Shown piece by piece: positions 38,582-52,341 of a stretch of DNA of 64,000 bases. Numbering within the stretch: the stretch's first letter is position 1; each line of letters begins with the position of its first letter. The translations under genes were made by a program, and so were the position numbers. This DNA comes from Botryllus schlosseri (lineage: Eukaryota). The notes beneath the pieces are model-generated. The model was not told the DNA's origin and did no database searches. It was given only the letters and a program-made list of their open reading frames with translations. The stretch is from contig CM119373.1 of NCBI GenBank assembly GCA_051294905.1, positions 2,482,001 through 2,546,000 of the forward strand, in the 5' to 3' direction.

Positions 38582-40649
38582 CACTGTAAAAAATAAAAAC
38601 CTCGATTCACCGCGAAATGTTTGGAAGCACGGTAGCCAGACATTTCGTGGTAATATAAGATTACCGTTAGTCAACGTAAATTTAACTTACATTCGTCTGG
38701 TAATCTGACTTTACACACCAGACTGTAATGTTACAGTCTCCCGCGGTATATCCAATCTACATGTTCTCCTGTACACTTACCACCGAGACTGTAATTTGAC
38801 CGCCTACCTACCTATATGCTGCCCGTGTAAATCTGGACTACATACCAGCTTGTAAATTCGCGTACATCCATACCTATTGCAAAGCAACGCGATGCTAAAA
38901 TATCGTAAAAGTTTCTTCGCACTCCCAAAACGACATTGGTACAAACTGTATATTCATTCATGATTAATGGTTATCGATGGAAAAGTATTGCTGCTGGAGA
39001 TCAAATTCTTCTTTAGGAGACATGCAGTAACACGAGTGGTCTCAAGAGAAGGTGAATTAATTCCACCACCGGCCAAACTTCCAGTTGTTTCTTTTTCTCG
39101 TCCTCATTCCTTCTGTGTAACATGCAGTTCCACTGAAAAGAATTCATGCATAAGTCGCTATATTAAGCAAAGTTGCTAACCTAGACATGACATTAAAAAG
39201 ACTAAGACAAACGGGCTAACAAAAATATAACATGTTTCGAAGTACCGGTACTGGTACATTGTGTGATGACGGCTCCGCATTTTACATGGTATAGCAGAGA
39301 TTCAAGACATACTTTATCTAATGTATTGAAGCAAAAGGTTCCTCATTTGAGGTAGCGTGTGTGCCAAACAAATCCAGCAGTGAATGAAAACATCTCTATG
39401 GTATGGCCCGAAAATGACAGTAAGAAACCAACAGTTTCAACTCCTCCGCGGCGGAGTATGTGGTGGCACAGGTCACTATATAAGTCGACTAATATCCCAA
39501 AATAGAACAGAAAATGCGGCAAATGAAATATTTCAATCATGAAATCAAAGTCATCCCGATGGTGTGCACAGTCGTAGATATTCACGGTAACAAATGCTAT
39601 GTAGTACTGTACCTTTTACGATGCGTACCCCATTCAGCATTCCTAGCAATCTTCAACGATCGTGTCCACTTTCTTCAAGCACAACAAGCTTCGCTTCACC
39701 CTTTGCTCAAATCTCAATAACGGCCACTGGCCAAACGACACTCAGGCGATTTCGAAATAAGTGATATATTCATCCGCTCACATATGCCACCAAATATATT
39801 TACTGGCCACGTTATAATGTTTGATCTAGGTCGTGTTTTCCATACAGAAACATTTATTATTACATATAGTCCCTTTCTTTTTCATATAATCTCGTATAAA
39901 TTGATATTTATTCCAAGTGTTGTTCACTACTTACTGTACTTACGTAACCAGACGCTGCTTGTGATGTCACAGTTGTGCGTTGGTTGTTTACAACGAATCT
40001 CAGAAACCCAGTGACGCGTAACGGTAACCTAATGTAGCCCATTACTGGTCGCCTTGTCCGCCATTAACAAATGATCAACTGAGCATGCGGTGCTGATATT
40101 TCTAGTTTCGCAAACAATATTATACATCCTAAACTGATTTTCTAACTTATCAGTTCTATCCGTGACGACGAATGTAACCGGCGAGACCGGCCGTATAGCC
40201 ATAGCCTTATAATATAATATAATGGCCATGGTGTAAAACCACATTAGCTACGACTGCCAGTTGTTTCTTGTACCCTACTATATACTATACTGAAATTGGT
40301 ACTAGGGCCACCAATTTCCGTATGACAGACCCCAGTTTCACGAACGAGGTTGAATCAGGACAAATCACCACGAGAATGATATATCAGTAACATTCAGTTC
40401 CCCATATACATTGGCTGCAGCGATTTTGAAGCTAATCAATTTTGCCAATAACCTGGTAAACTGCAGTAACGAGTAACTGTCAGTAATTTTGCGAAGAAAT
40501 TCTGGTAACTTGACTTCACAGCTAAATTAAGGTAATATTACATATCAAAATGTAAAATTACAAGCTACGTTCAGTTATTGGCTGCGACCGGTAATTTGTT
40601 GTAAAATTTACAGAGATTTCCCAGTAAATCTACCAGATTTTTTACAGTG
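38582..40649 (-). mobile_element. Non-autonomous CACTG-ended element, copy 2 (2068 bp, uninterrupted)
   Basis: TA|cactgtaaaaaa ... ttttttacagtg|TA. Confidence 0.88.
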
Positions 40650-42225
40650 TATAGGACTACCAATTATGCTGCTTTTAGCCGGCTAAGCAGTACGCATCTC
40701 GGCGTATTCAACCGTGAGTCACGTGTTGCACATCTAGTTATCATAGGGTTACCATACGTCCTCTTTTAAGAGGATTTGTCCTCTTTTTTGATTTTTTTAA
40801 AGTGTCCTCGGAGGACGCCGAAATGGCCTCTTTTTTGAGATTTCGTCTTCTTTTTTGAGAATTTTGGTTGAATATAGGGCCAAATTCGACTGATATACAT
40901 TAAGTCAGCACTGTAGGAAAGGTACGGCAGCTATCTCGGGAGCTGGGATGGAAAGTTGACCTTTTTTCAGTCAACCACCTGTTACTGTGAAAGAAAAACT
41001 GTCTTTTCCCGGAGTTGAGCCTATTTTTCTTATTTAGTCAAGCGACCACGGAGTGGGAAAAATTAACCATTTTTTCTGGATCTTCCTCCGGTTTTGAAAG
41101 TTATCAATACCTATGTATATCTATAGCTACTGCTCGTTCAACTGGAAAGTTAGGGCACATTGCATTAAAACAGCAGTGACGTAACGTTAGCAGTCTACTC
41201 ACAACTTTACTGCAATTCTATACTTAAAAACTACAGAGGCCAAGCCAAGCAAGAGTATTTTATAAATATAAGTTTTATTTTTTTGTCATAATTCGATTTC
41301 TTACTATATTTTGGGGCCGCGGTTGGGAATCACTAGTATAGATACTGATGTGTTCGAACTGTAAGTTGTCGGGGGTAGGGAAATTTCCTTCCCTAGCTCA
41401 GTAGAAGCCGCGGGCCGCAGCATTAGGCTCACAGTAGTCTTGTTCAATATCCAGCAACGAAGGTCGTATTTGGCGCTATTGAACTGTCAGATTGAAAGTG
41501 AGCCGACCTTGGGCGTAACAGGGTCTGCGTATAAGCTGCATTATGTGCTGTTTCAATTGTACTACTCGTGCAGCGGGGTAAAATTGCTGTTGAAATTATC
41601 TGTGGCGCGAATCCGAGCGTATAACACAAATAATAAAAATACGGGGTCAAGCTACATTTCGTTAAATAATTATAACAATCAGCATTTGGGCACATAGTAA
41701 CGGACTGTTTCGCTGTGTTGCAAAATTTAGTAGTGGGCCACAAGTTGTTAACCCCTGGTACCCAAAGTCTCTGCAGTTCCTCGTTCAATGCGAACGAATC
41801 ACGTATCGACGTTGGAAAGGTAGTCTGGTTTACGTAGTTGCAGTATACCAGGAACCATTGTCGTTGAGAAATTCGACTGGATCGGATCTGCCATTACAAT
41901 TGTTTTGTATTTGTCTGGTGACTCATTTCGTTAGTGTTGTTGAACACTGTACTTCATTAGTACGCCGGGTTTAGTTTAAAACCAGATGTCTGTTAAAACA
42001 CTCTGTTGAACACACGTTTTAACAAATCACCTCTAAGAGGTTTATTTCAATACGCGATAGGTCGTATAGCAACATACGAAACATGCAGTGCGAAGCTACG
42101 CGCGTTTGTGGAAATGACATGTCAGTGAAATCGTGATTAACACACAGCATTGTTACAATATACGAGCTTTGCGGTGGGGTGAAAATGGCACTAGTCGCAC
42201 GAAAAGTATGTATTTGAACTTCCTA

Positions 42226-43849
42226 CAGGGGTGAGCAACGTACGGCCCCGCGGCCGGATCCGGTCAGCGACGGGATATTGAGCGGCCGGCAGGGAGTTTA
42301 CACCCTGAAAATGAAATTCTAATCGGAAAGTATTGGCAAATTTTATGCAAAGAATGAGTGCCAGTTTGCCGACCTGAGAAAGATGATCATGAAAATACTT
42401 GTTCTGTCTACATACATTTGCGAGCAAACATTTCCGACCATGAACAATAACAAGACAAGGCTATGTTCCAATATAACTGATGTTCATGTGCACTGTGCAG
42501 GCTTTACACGGATGTGTGATTGACCTCAACCGCTATCGTAGCAGGCCTACATATCAGTTTAACAAATTCACTGAATACTGTTTTTGGTCTCTTTGCTGTA
42601 AACCTGAAGTTTACATTAAATGCGATTTATTCCTTGCATATGTGGATAAATATGCGATTTATGTATCAATTATGTAATCTGGTCCGCCAAGTGCTTCATG
42701 TTCCGTTTTAGTGATGTTTATTCAAATATGTACATAAAATATCAAAAATTTCATAAAGAAAATCTTTCCCCATCATCGGGTCATCTCGTCTCAGCCGTTG
42801 CCGAAGTCGGATTTGTATTCCCGGTCGTAGTAGACGCCTTCGAAGGTTGGCGCTCGTAGTCGCTCGGCTCATCTCATCTCAGCAGTCGATGTCGATTCGC
42901 GGTCTCGGTCGTAGTATAGGAGCCGCCAGAACTTGGCGCTCGTTTACGTGTGTTTTTCATATATATTTGGTGGAGCGGTGGTGGGTGGGGTATGAATGGG
43001 GTAGGGGGGCGGTGGATAGGGTTGGTCGGGGTAGGGTTTAGTGGTTTAGGGGTGGGGTAAAGTGGGATGGATGGGAGGTTTGGGGGTTGGGATGGGTTGT
43101 AGGTGGATTGGTTGGTTTTTGTGGGTCGATAAATACAATACGATTTATCGCGCGAGCGTTTAATGGGCTCGCCTAAATTAATCTGTATATTTTACTTCTT
43201 ATATCGTTGATGCGTTCGTCAATATTTTGGGCGTATTCATTTTGTATGTCGAGTGCATTTTTCCATTCCCACACAAGGGTTTTCACGTTCATAAAAGCTT
43301 GTATTATAGTCGGAGCTTGCGGTCCGTCGTAGACGTTGCGTATGATCTCGTCGGGTGTAGCGTCAATAGTCGTTTGCAGGTCGTTCTCGAGATCCTGTAT
43401 TACAAGAGAGAACAGTTTTTTGTAAGTTGCACATTCGGCGAAAGTGTGACGCAGAGTGTCTTCGGCGTGTTGGCAGAATTTGCATTTGTTTTTCAAGTAG
43501 GCGTCTTTTCGTCGTACCAAGCCTGCGTTGGTTTTTCTGGAGCCTGTAAAGTAGCTCTCAGTGTTAATGCGATACGAAATCTCACGTTTCTTGTTGTCAA
43601 TGTGATCTTTGATATTGGGCTGGTATAGCCATATCTCTTTCCAGTCCGCCATGCGGCTTCCTCCTTGTTGCGTCTTCGTTTTAACAAGGATCTGGTACAT
43701 TTCTTTCTGGCTTAGTTCTTGTATATCTTGTGATTGGCTTTTAATTACGTCGAAGATTTTCTTTTCCTTCTTCCATTCCCCCGTCAATGTATTTCTGTGA
43801 GGGTAGAGGTTGTTCCCGGCCCGCCGACCGGAGAAGTTGCCCGTCCCTG
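42226..43849 (+). mobile_element. hAT Charlie/SPIN-like derivative interrupted by a LINE fragment
   Basis: caggggtgagcaac ... gttgcccgtccctg; remnant STYICEQTFPTMNNNKTRLCSNITD near 42406-42485; shorter copy at the equivalent site 53922-54177. Confidence 0.8.
42705..43810 (-). mobile_element. 5'-truncated L1/Tx1-like non-LTR retrotransposon (ORF2 C-terminus 43173-43787 plus 3' UTR)
   Basis: zf-RVT-like WKEIW...CKFCQHAEDTLRHTFAEC; AATAAA near the 3' end; TSD tgttcc. Confidence 0.8.
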
Positions 43850-44014
43850 TTCTACATCAGTCATGCTGTTGTGACGTTGTAATGAGTGATACAATAGAAA
43901 ACTCATGTTGAATCGATGCCCGATACTCTATTGAGATTTAGAATCACTCAGGCACACTCGATGTTGCCCAACCCTTATTATAATCCACTGGTAGCAGTAT
44001 CCCATCATAAATAC

Positions 44015-44592
44015 CTGGTGATATTGGTCTTCACGAATGCTGGGTTGACTGAATTCACACGGACGCCTTTCGGCGCGCACTCACGAGCCACGCATTTGGT
44101 GAATTGATCCACTGCCGCCTTGGTCATGCTGTACAGCAGCAATCCTTCTAACGCTTGTAGCCCGGCAATGCTCGAAACGTTCACAACATTCCCTTTGGAC
44201 GCTACCAAATGCGGCATAGCTTTCTGAGTCAACACGAACAGCGACTTCACATTAACCGAGAAAAGCATATCAAAATCTTCAACGGTCGAAGTTTGTAGAT
44301 CGCCCAGTTTGCAAGCTCCTGCATTGTTGATGAGTATATCGAGCCGTTTATACTTTTCAACAACCTTATCGACCACACTTTCAACCTCCTGTTGGTTTGT
44401 GAAATCCGCGAGTATTTGAAGGACATCTGCGGCACAGTTGTTACGACATTTCAATTCTGTTGAGTTCAATTGGTCCTTGTCTCTACCTGTAATAGCTAAT
44501 ATCGCGCCATGCTTCGCGAAATCTTTTGCTACTTCACGACCGATACCGCTTGACGCGCCAGTCACCAACACAACCTTGCCGGAGAAACTTAT
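44015..44592 (-). pseudogene. SDR pseudogene C exon 1 (open frame but ATG mutated to ATA)
   Basis: Very similar to SDR-A/D exon 1; ATA at 44590-44592 with in-frame TAA just upstream; donor cag|gtattt intact. Confidence 0.8.
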
Positions 44593-45593
44593 GTCGCCTT
44601 TTGATGATTACGCGACTTACGCGTACACTGTACGCCCGCCATAATATTCACTCTCGTGCGTAACTGCCGAGGCACGCGTACGTCTTGCAGATGCGTCCCG
44701 CACTGCGAACACGATTGAATTGATTAACTGACTCTGATCGATGTAGAGCCTGTGTGATTGCAAATTCGTCCGTCGATTACCTACAGGCTCGTTTCGAATT
44801 ACATGCTATATTCACTCGAGACACAACGCTACGTCAATATCGACGTGTGCAGAGTGTGTAAAGGTTGCTGTTTTGATGTATAGATGGTAGACTCGTACAA
44901 ACTACCGATCTAGTTAGTTGGCGGTCAACTAGCTACTGGTTTTTGGGTAGTTCTAGTACTAGTTCTAATCGCGGATTTAGTGAGTAGTTCCAGTCCTAGT
45001 TGGGCATTTCAAAAAACTTTAACTGCCGAACAACTAGACGACACGTGTCGCCGTTTGGCGTGAATCGTGATAACGGTGTTCTATTGTGTTATGCTCTTGC
45101 ACTGACGGAATACAAGAAAACGCATTGTTCTATTAAGCATGCCAGACACCAATCGTGGAACAGAATCTCGCCGGCTGTCAGACAGTCGTCGTGCATGTCT
45201 GCATTCAAGTCGAGGTACAAGCAATCTCTTCTAAATGAATAGCCTAATAGTCAGCCTTCATGATCACCGGAACACGACCTAACATATCGATCTCTCCTTC
45301 CGCCACATATACCACCTCATTTACAGCTTGCATTTTATATTCTCCGCTTCACTTGTCATTCAGTGTGCGCTGTGCATGTGCTGTGCATGCCTCTCCTCTA
45401 CTTCGCCTAGGGCCTAGGCCAAGGTGGGTGTTTGATGTTAAAGACTACTCCAAGCTGTTTCGACACCTTCCTATCTTTTCCTTGTAACGCAATTTCCGCG
45501 GTGTTTTGAAATGATGAAAGTATTAAGTAACTGAGACATTGCCGGCTCGGAGTAATCACTACCAACAATGGTTGAAACCTCTACCCTGTCCAA

Positions 45594-48019
45594 CAGTGGC
45601 GGCTCGTCTAATAGGGCAACTGGGGCATTGCCCCACCTAAAATTCTGTTCAATAACAGTTCTTTACCATTTATAGACGCACAGCAATCTATATATACCGA
45701 AATCACAGCAAAAATCGTATTCTTCTTGTCCTTTCGCTTGTAAATGCCCATATATATAGCGAAGTCTCTGCGAAAATCGAATTCTCTTTCGTGTTTTCGC
45801 TTTGCAAATGCCTAGCCGGGGCATGCCCCGGTAGCGCTCATAACAAGCTTTCACTGTCTATTCTCTCAAAGCTGCGCACAATAAAGAAACAGTGATTTAC
45901 TCTCTCCTATTCATAAAATGACCGAGCAACCGGGGCAACATAGCCTGCTCGCCCTTAAGGTGTGATGTAACAATCGTATCTACATCTGAACTAGGTTACC
46001 GTCATATGCGTTTAGTCGACCGTTGCTGGTATAGGTCGATTTTGATGGTGTTTCACACCATGATAATTCTTGAAACTTGGTATGTCATGTCGTGATGGTG
46101 GTATTTAACATTGTCCCAAGTTTCAGGGTTTCTACTTAAAGTTTAGGGTAGTAATTCCGTTTCCGAAGTTGAGTGTGTGCTGATTCGTCATGTATCGCAA
46201 ACAGATTTTACTCAAAAGCCGGTATTGGTATCCATTGATTTTGACAATGGTCCATACCGAGATCGGTCATGACATTTGGTACGGTAAGTCTTAATGTTAG
46301 TATTCAACGCGGTACCAAGTTTCAAGTTTGTCACTGTACTGTGTTAGTGGTAGTTTAGTTTCCTAAGTCGAGTGAGAGCTGACTCGTCATTTATCGCAAA
46401 CATATTTTACGCAAAGCCGGTATATTGGTCTCCATTGATTTTAACGATGCTCCTTACCTAGATCCGTCATGAGCTTTTGCATGGTATGTCTTGATTTTAG
46501 TATCGAACGCTGTGCCAAGTCTCAAGGTTGGCACTCAATGATTAGGGCAGCAATTTCGTTATCAAGGTCGAGTATGTTAAAGATGTGCGCTGATCTGACA
46601 CTTAGCCTACCTAACGCATTGCGGATTTCACGCAAAAGTCGGCGTATCTGTGTTAACGCTAACTGTGTTCCATACTGAGATAAGTGATGAGATGATGATA
46701 TCATGAAACAGTTTACTAACATCCTCGGTTTGCATTCAAATATTTACTTTTATTTTATATTCTCCAATGTCAATGTTGACCGTGAAATTGTGGCCTTCAG
46801 GCCATTTGCTTACAATTACAACCCCTGTCAAGCGCGATAGCTGTTTCGTTTTCGATGGCGGCTAACAGCTGATCGCTTGATCAATGATAAGCCTATTCCT
46901 CAGTAAATTTTACGCAAAATTCGGTGTTGGTCTGTTTGTATTAATTTTGACAGTGTACCATACCGAAAACGGTCATGAGGCTACTTCTCGTTGATTTCAT
47001 GTAACAGTGTACCAAGTTTTCGGCTTTCATCCACGTATTTATTCGGTAATATATTTTCCAAAGGCGATTTTGCAGCAGACATATAGACCGTAAGCCGTAT
47101 GTGTCGTGTGACAGTCTCCAGCATCAAGGCCAAAATATCTCCTATGCTGTATCGGGACCGAATTTCCGAGGCTGCTATCCGTAGTTCTTCAGAATTATGT
47201 TTTGGATTCAATATGACATTGTCCAATCTATGAGATAACAATTGCGTATGTGTCCGAACTCGTTGACCTTTCCAGCTAGGCTTACGCAATCTCTCGAGTT
47301 ATAGTCATTTCCATTTCTGCAGATAATTAGTCAAGTCAGGTATAGTGCGAACATGAGCCGTGTGAAATCTTTGTTCCGTACGCCGTTTACGCAGTTACCA
47401 CACTTCAAGTCACAGCTCACCGGCAGACCTCTCGCGGCACATACGTTACATCACTGTTGTCGGGAAGTTCGTGTTACCTAGGCTTACCATATTTTGGAAA
47501 TCTAAAAAGAGGACACTTTTTCATAAATTTCCAACTTTCAAAATCGGAGTAGAATTCTCAAAAACCGGTTAATTTTTCCCACTTTGTGACTGGTTAACTA
47601 AAAAAAAAAAAGGTCATCTCTTCCGCTCAGAACTCAAAATACCGTTTTTCTCCCCACATTGCCAGGTGGATGACTAAAAAAAAAAAGGTCATCTTTTCGC
47701 TCAGAGCTAAAATCACCGTTTTTCACCCGTCGGAGCTTCACGTCTGTGCTGATATGTGGCATATCACTCGCAATTTGCTCTAAATCTGCTCTAAATCCTA
47801 AAAAAGAGGACAAAAGGGCGTCCTCCGAGGACACTTTCAAAAAAGTCAAAAAAGAGGACAAATCCTCTTAAAAGAGGACGTATGGTAAGCCTAGTGTTAC
47901 CGTAGTTCGTACCAATAAGTCACTTGTTTACGTTGGAAAACTCCATTGTGACGTCATCTTGATAAAAAGTCGCTTGCAGCCCTTGCCCCACCACCCGATA
48001 TTGTCACGAGCCGCCACTG
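45594..48019. mobile_element. hAT-type element containing degenerate ~200-bp repeats and a nested MITE
   Basis: cagtggcggctcgt ... acgagccgccactg; perfect TSD ctgtccaa; ccaagt(t/c)tca near 46116, 46316, 46516. Confidence 0.88.
47479..47893. mobile_element. MITE, tagggttaccata family with AAGAGGAC repeats
   Basis: Perfect TSD gtgttacc; relatives at 40744, 52043, 52380. Confidence 0.88.
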
Positions 48020-48710
48020 CTGTCCAACTTGCGCTGGTGTTCATGTGGAAAACCAACCCGCTTCCGATGAAATAAAGATTTTAAACATTGATTCTAGTTA
48101 GTAGTGGATAGTTAATGCTAGCTCTACAGTTGCGCATTTTAACAATTCAGTAGTTTGTACACGTCTGATACATGTGGTATTTCGATTCCAATAGTCATTT
48201 TACATCTGCCGAATATTATTTTATATAATTAATGAAATGGCCACTTATAGGTCGGTACACTTTTTTGCTAGGCTTTTGTAAGACATCGTATGCGTATTAT
48301 CCATTGCCTACCTTCAGTTGAAAATTCAAGCTGGTTCTAAAAATGACGACTGCCCGAGTTTGGATTAGCCGAAAATTTATCGAAATACCATGTTCGCCCG
48401 CATCTCGTATCGACACATGCCTGGTCTATTTTAATTGACAGCAAATTACAGATTTTATAATGTGTAATTATTTTTACTTCTATATTTATAGGGCCGCGTG
48501 AAATGATGCTAGTGCTCGAATCTGAAGGGAGAATTGTGATGAATCGTGTGGAGTCGTGACCGTGAGAGGTGATGTTTTCGAGTACTGAAATTATACGCTC
48601 TTTTATCGTCATGAGGAGATTTTTCAACGAGAATGATAGTTTCGACGCAAGATCCCACTGTAAAAACATTGAAAGATCCCTGGAACGTCTGGGGGTGAAA
48701 TTGTTAAAAC

Positions 48711-49263
48711 TAGGGTTGCATTTAAAACAAACATCTTTAAACAAGGCCCTTGTTTAAAACATGTTTTAAATTATTTTCAGCCATGGCGTCATGAATATTT
48801 GTTTGTGACGTCATAGTCGATTGGTATCGACAATTGAAAATATATGGTAAATATGGAACCTTCGACGAAAAGGGCTTCATATCACTGCTGTCATGAACGG
48901 ACCAAAAATATCTTTAACAAGGACTACATCGCTATGCAGCATTTTTACGGTCGGCGGTCATCATCATCAGAACACTCATTCCGTTCCAATGATATATATG
49001 TACATTCAAAAACTGTTTAACCAACGACGATTTCGAGGGTCAAGCCATCCCACATCGTATACGTCGACTATGCTGGGTGCAAATTGTCCTTAGGCTCATA
49101 CTACATGGTTCTTCAGACGTATTTACACAATCATGGCATATATGTAGACAACGTTTGGAATAAAAAATAATTTTTTTGCAAAAAGGCATTTGTTTATAAC
49201 ACGGTTTAAAACATGTTTTAAACGAAATGTTTTGAAATACCGTTTGTTTTAAATGCAACCCTA
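48711..49263. mobile_element. MITE, tagggttgcatttaaaac family
   Basis: Long perfect TIR; TSD gttaaaac/gttagaac. Confidence 0.88.
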
Positions 49264-49501
49264 GTTAGAACGTCCAGTGCGGTATATTTAAAAAACACGA
49301 CCCAAAATGCACGTGACCACGGCTTATTATGCATATGACGCGAATAAGAAGGTCAACTCAACGGAAAGTAAACGCAGAAACCGATTTTCCGAGCAACTAC
49401 TCGGTAAAACGATCTATTTTTGCATTCCAGGGGGCGAAAGTTTGTGTCGACCTTGATAAGGGGGCGACGAGTCGAAAAAGATTGGAACCATTGCTCTACA
49501 C

Positions 49502-50682
49502 CAGGACTGGGCAACATACGGCCCGCGAATGCATTTTGTACGGCCCGCGGGCAGCTTTCCGTCGTACATGATAATGTGGCCCGCGGCCGATCAGTCTGCC
49601 GAAATTCCCCACTATACTTGCTTACTGCGTCAAATTTTAGTGACTGTATGTTAATATATTCGTGTGTGCGCACTGCGCAGCGTGTGAGAGTGGAGCCTAC
49701 GGGTAAGTTCGTCGAAGCGAGAAGACTAGCATTGTCAGCATTCAGTATGTACTTAACCCCAATGATGTTTGTGGCAATCATGGTGTTAGTCGACAGCAAT
49801 GCCCATTTACACCAAGCCGATATTTCTTATTTTTGATTCTGTGACCGCCAACTGGTAGGTAGCATCCAGGCTTTTGTGAGACACCGCCTAATAGTTATGC
49901 CGATGAGATGGCGAGGAGGAGCCTAGATAAGCCTCTAGCACTTAGGTAGCAATTCTAGAGTTGGACTCGAACCCACAACACATTGGGTTTTGTAGCTCAG
50001 GATTATACTTCTGCACTATCTCGCCACCCACTCAACCCTAATGGATTGATATCTTGGTAAATTTGGGGTGCCGGGCATATCGAACAACTTAAAATCTTAA
50101 TTAAGATTGCACCTTGTGTTGATTGATCAGAGAGAAGCAGACATGGCGGTGCATGTATGACAGTGGGTCTCAAGCTTGGGGGCGTGAAAGCATCAGAAGG
50201 GGGCGCGAAGTCACAGTTAACTTGAAAATTTTTCGGGCTCCGCGTGAATTACCTCAAGCTCATGGTGTTTACTCTACGTATCTATTGTCCGAATTTCATA
50301 TTTGAGAATTCTCTCATCAATAGCCATAACCTTTATTTTCATGAAACCATCTGTTGGGATGGCTAGCATTCTGATTCACCTCTTTAATGTTTGTGATGTC
50401 ACGATAGGGGGGGGGGGGGGGGGGGCTCGGAATTTTCCACAAAAGTTCGAGAACCACAGGACAAGGCTGTTCTCAAATCCACATTCTCTTCTACATTATC
50501 GGCGAGAAATTGCTTTGAAATAACATTGCTTCGTTAAAATACTATCATTAAATACGATTTATTCCATGTATAATGTATATGTGAATAAATTTGCAAATAA
50601 TGTATCGATTCAGCAATCCGGCCCGCCCAGTACCTAATTTTCCTATATCCATCCCGCCGACTGGAGAAGTTGCCCGCCCCTG
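49502..50682. mobile_element. hAT element, caggggtgggcaac family, with nested MITE 50161-50459
   Basis: Perfect TSD ctctacac. Confidence 0.85.
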
Positions 50683-51065
50683 CTCTACACAGTTCCTTTG
50701 TAGCATCTTCAGCAAAACCAGTAATTAGGTTAGGATTATAGAAAAGAAATATTTCACAAATTGTTTTAGAATATGAATATAGAAACATTTCAAAAAACTA
50801 GATATTACCATTATATTACCGACATTTCGCTCTAATTTATTTAATTACACTAGAATTATCTAGTTGTCCAAGTCGGATGGCTGGATGGGAGGCTGGAGAC
50901 CGACGAAATCTGGCCCTGGATTGACGAATTAGCGCTAACTCGAATTTTAGCATCAAAACGCATCGCCTGTGTGCATAGCCTGTGATTCATATAATTACCG
51001 TTGGAAACCGGCCTGGATACAACACACAGATAACAATCATACACCGATCACGTAATAACAGTCCA

Positions 51066-51273
51066 TTATACCAATATCAACACGGGATCGCTAATTACCG
51101 ACCTGCCACCGTCGATCAGAAAAATGCTTCCTGTGGTCCAAGAGGAGTCGTTAGAGGCCAAAAACAGAATTGCTTGCGAAATGTCTTTTGTGGTACCGAG
51201 TCTGCCGATCGGGTGAGCGCGGGCCGTGCGCTCATAAAACGCGTCCAATTCGTCTGCATCGAGTCCAGATGAC
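51066..51273 (-). CDS. SDR gene D exon 2; joined protein 261 aa
   Basis: Acceptor ttaaag|G; AHPIGRLG...AILFLASNDSSWTTG...IDGGRS with altered tail VISDPVLILV. Confidence 0.85.
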
Positions 51274-52042
51274 CTTTAACGCAAAGTGTATCGCAATTAA
51301 TGGTCTACAAAGCTGCCTTGAGTGTTGTAGTACTATCCATGTTGTACATATATATATGTTTCGTCGGAAGGTAGTATTTGAATTGGGGTGACCGACAGTG
51401 AAAACATGGGTTCTATTCATACATTTGATCTTATCTATACCAATGTGCTCAAACTCTAAGTTGTCGGGAGTAGGGGAATTTCCTAGTTTCATGAAGGCAC
51501 CGGGCCGCAGCATTGGGCCTACAATAGTCTTGTTTAATTTCGAGATACAAAGGCCGCATTTGTCGCTATGGAAGAGTCTGATAGGAAATGAGCCGACCTT
51601 GGAGTCTAACGGGGTCTGCATAAGCTGCACTATGTGCTGTTGTGATGCTCGTGAAGTTGGGTATACTGATGTTAAAAATATATGTGGTGAGAATCATAGC
51701 TTATAGCACAAATAATAAAATACGGGATTATGCTACACTTCGTTAGATACTAATAACAATGTATCCGCAATTGGTCAGATAGTAACGCACTGTTTGGCTG
51801 TGTTGCAAAATCAAGTAGTGGGCCACAACTTGGTATCCCCTGGTATGCACCCAGAGTCTCTGCAGCGCCTCTTTCAATGCGAATGTATCACGTATCGACG
51901 CTGGAAAGCTGTGTGGTTTACGTAGTTGTAGTACCAGGAATGATTGTCGTTGATAAATTTAAATGGATCGGATCTGTCATTATAATTGTTTTGCAGCCCG
52001 GGAGGGACGTCGAATCTAAATCTGATTAAATCTTTAATTTCC

Positions 52043-52341
52043 TAGGGTTACCATACGGCCTCTTTTAAGATGATTTGTCCCCTTTTTTACTTTTTTGAAA
52101 TAGTCCTCGGAGGACGCCTATATGTCCTCTTTGGTTGAATTTGCGTGGAAATTGGACTGAGATCAGCGGCGGAGTAACGGTCCAACAAGTTTTTCGGGAC
52201 TTGACCCTGACCTGTTTTTAGTCAACTGACTACCCAAAGTCAGGACAAATTTATCATTTTCAGGATTTTACTCCAGTATTGTAAGTCTGAGAATTTTGAA
52301 AAAGTGTCCTCCTTTCAGATTCCCAAAATATGGTAACCCTG
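52043..52341. mobile_element. MITE, tagggttaccata family
   Basis: Perfect TSD taatttcc. Confidence 0.88.

Larger units (their letters stand above)
32854..41335. mobile_element. MITE of the 59041-59441 family expanded to 8.5 kb by nested insertions in the SDR-C intron
   Basis: cagtggctcccaacc ... ggttgggaatcacta; both ends match the 401-bp copy; flanks rejoin to intron sequence seen in SDR-A and SDR-D. Confidence 0.75.

Noticed and set aside
49895..50035. tRNA gene (B-box GGTTCGAGTCC on the minus strand)
   Set aside because: No cloverleaf or convincing A-box; at most a SINE remnant
50407..50425. Poly-G run
   Set aside because: Homopolymer expansion inside a MITE; length unreliable
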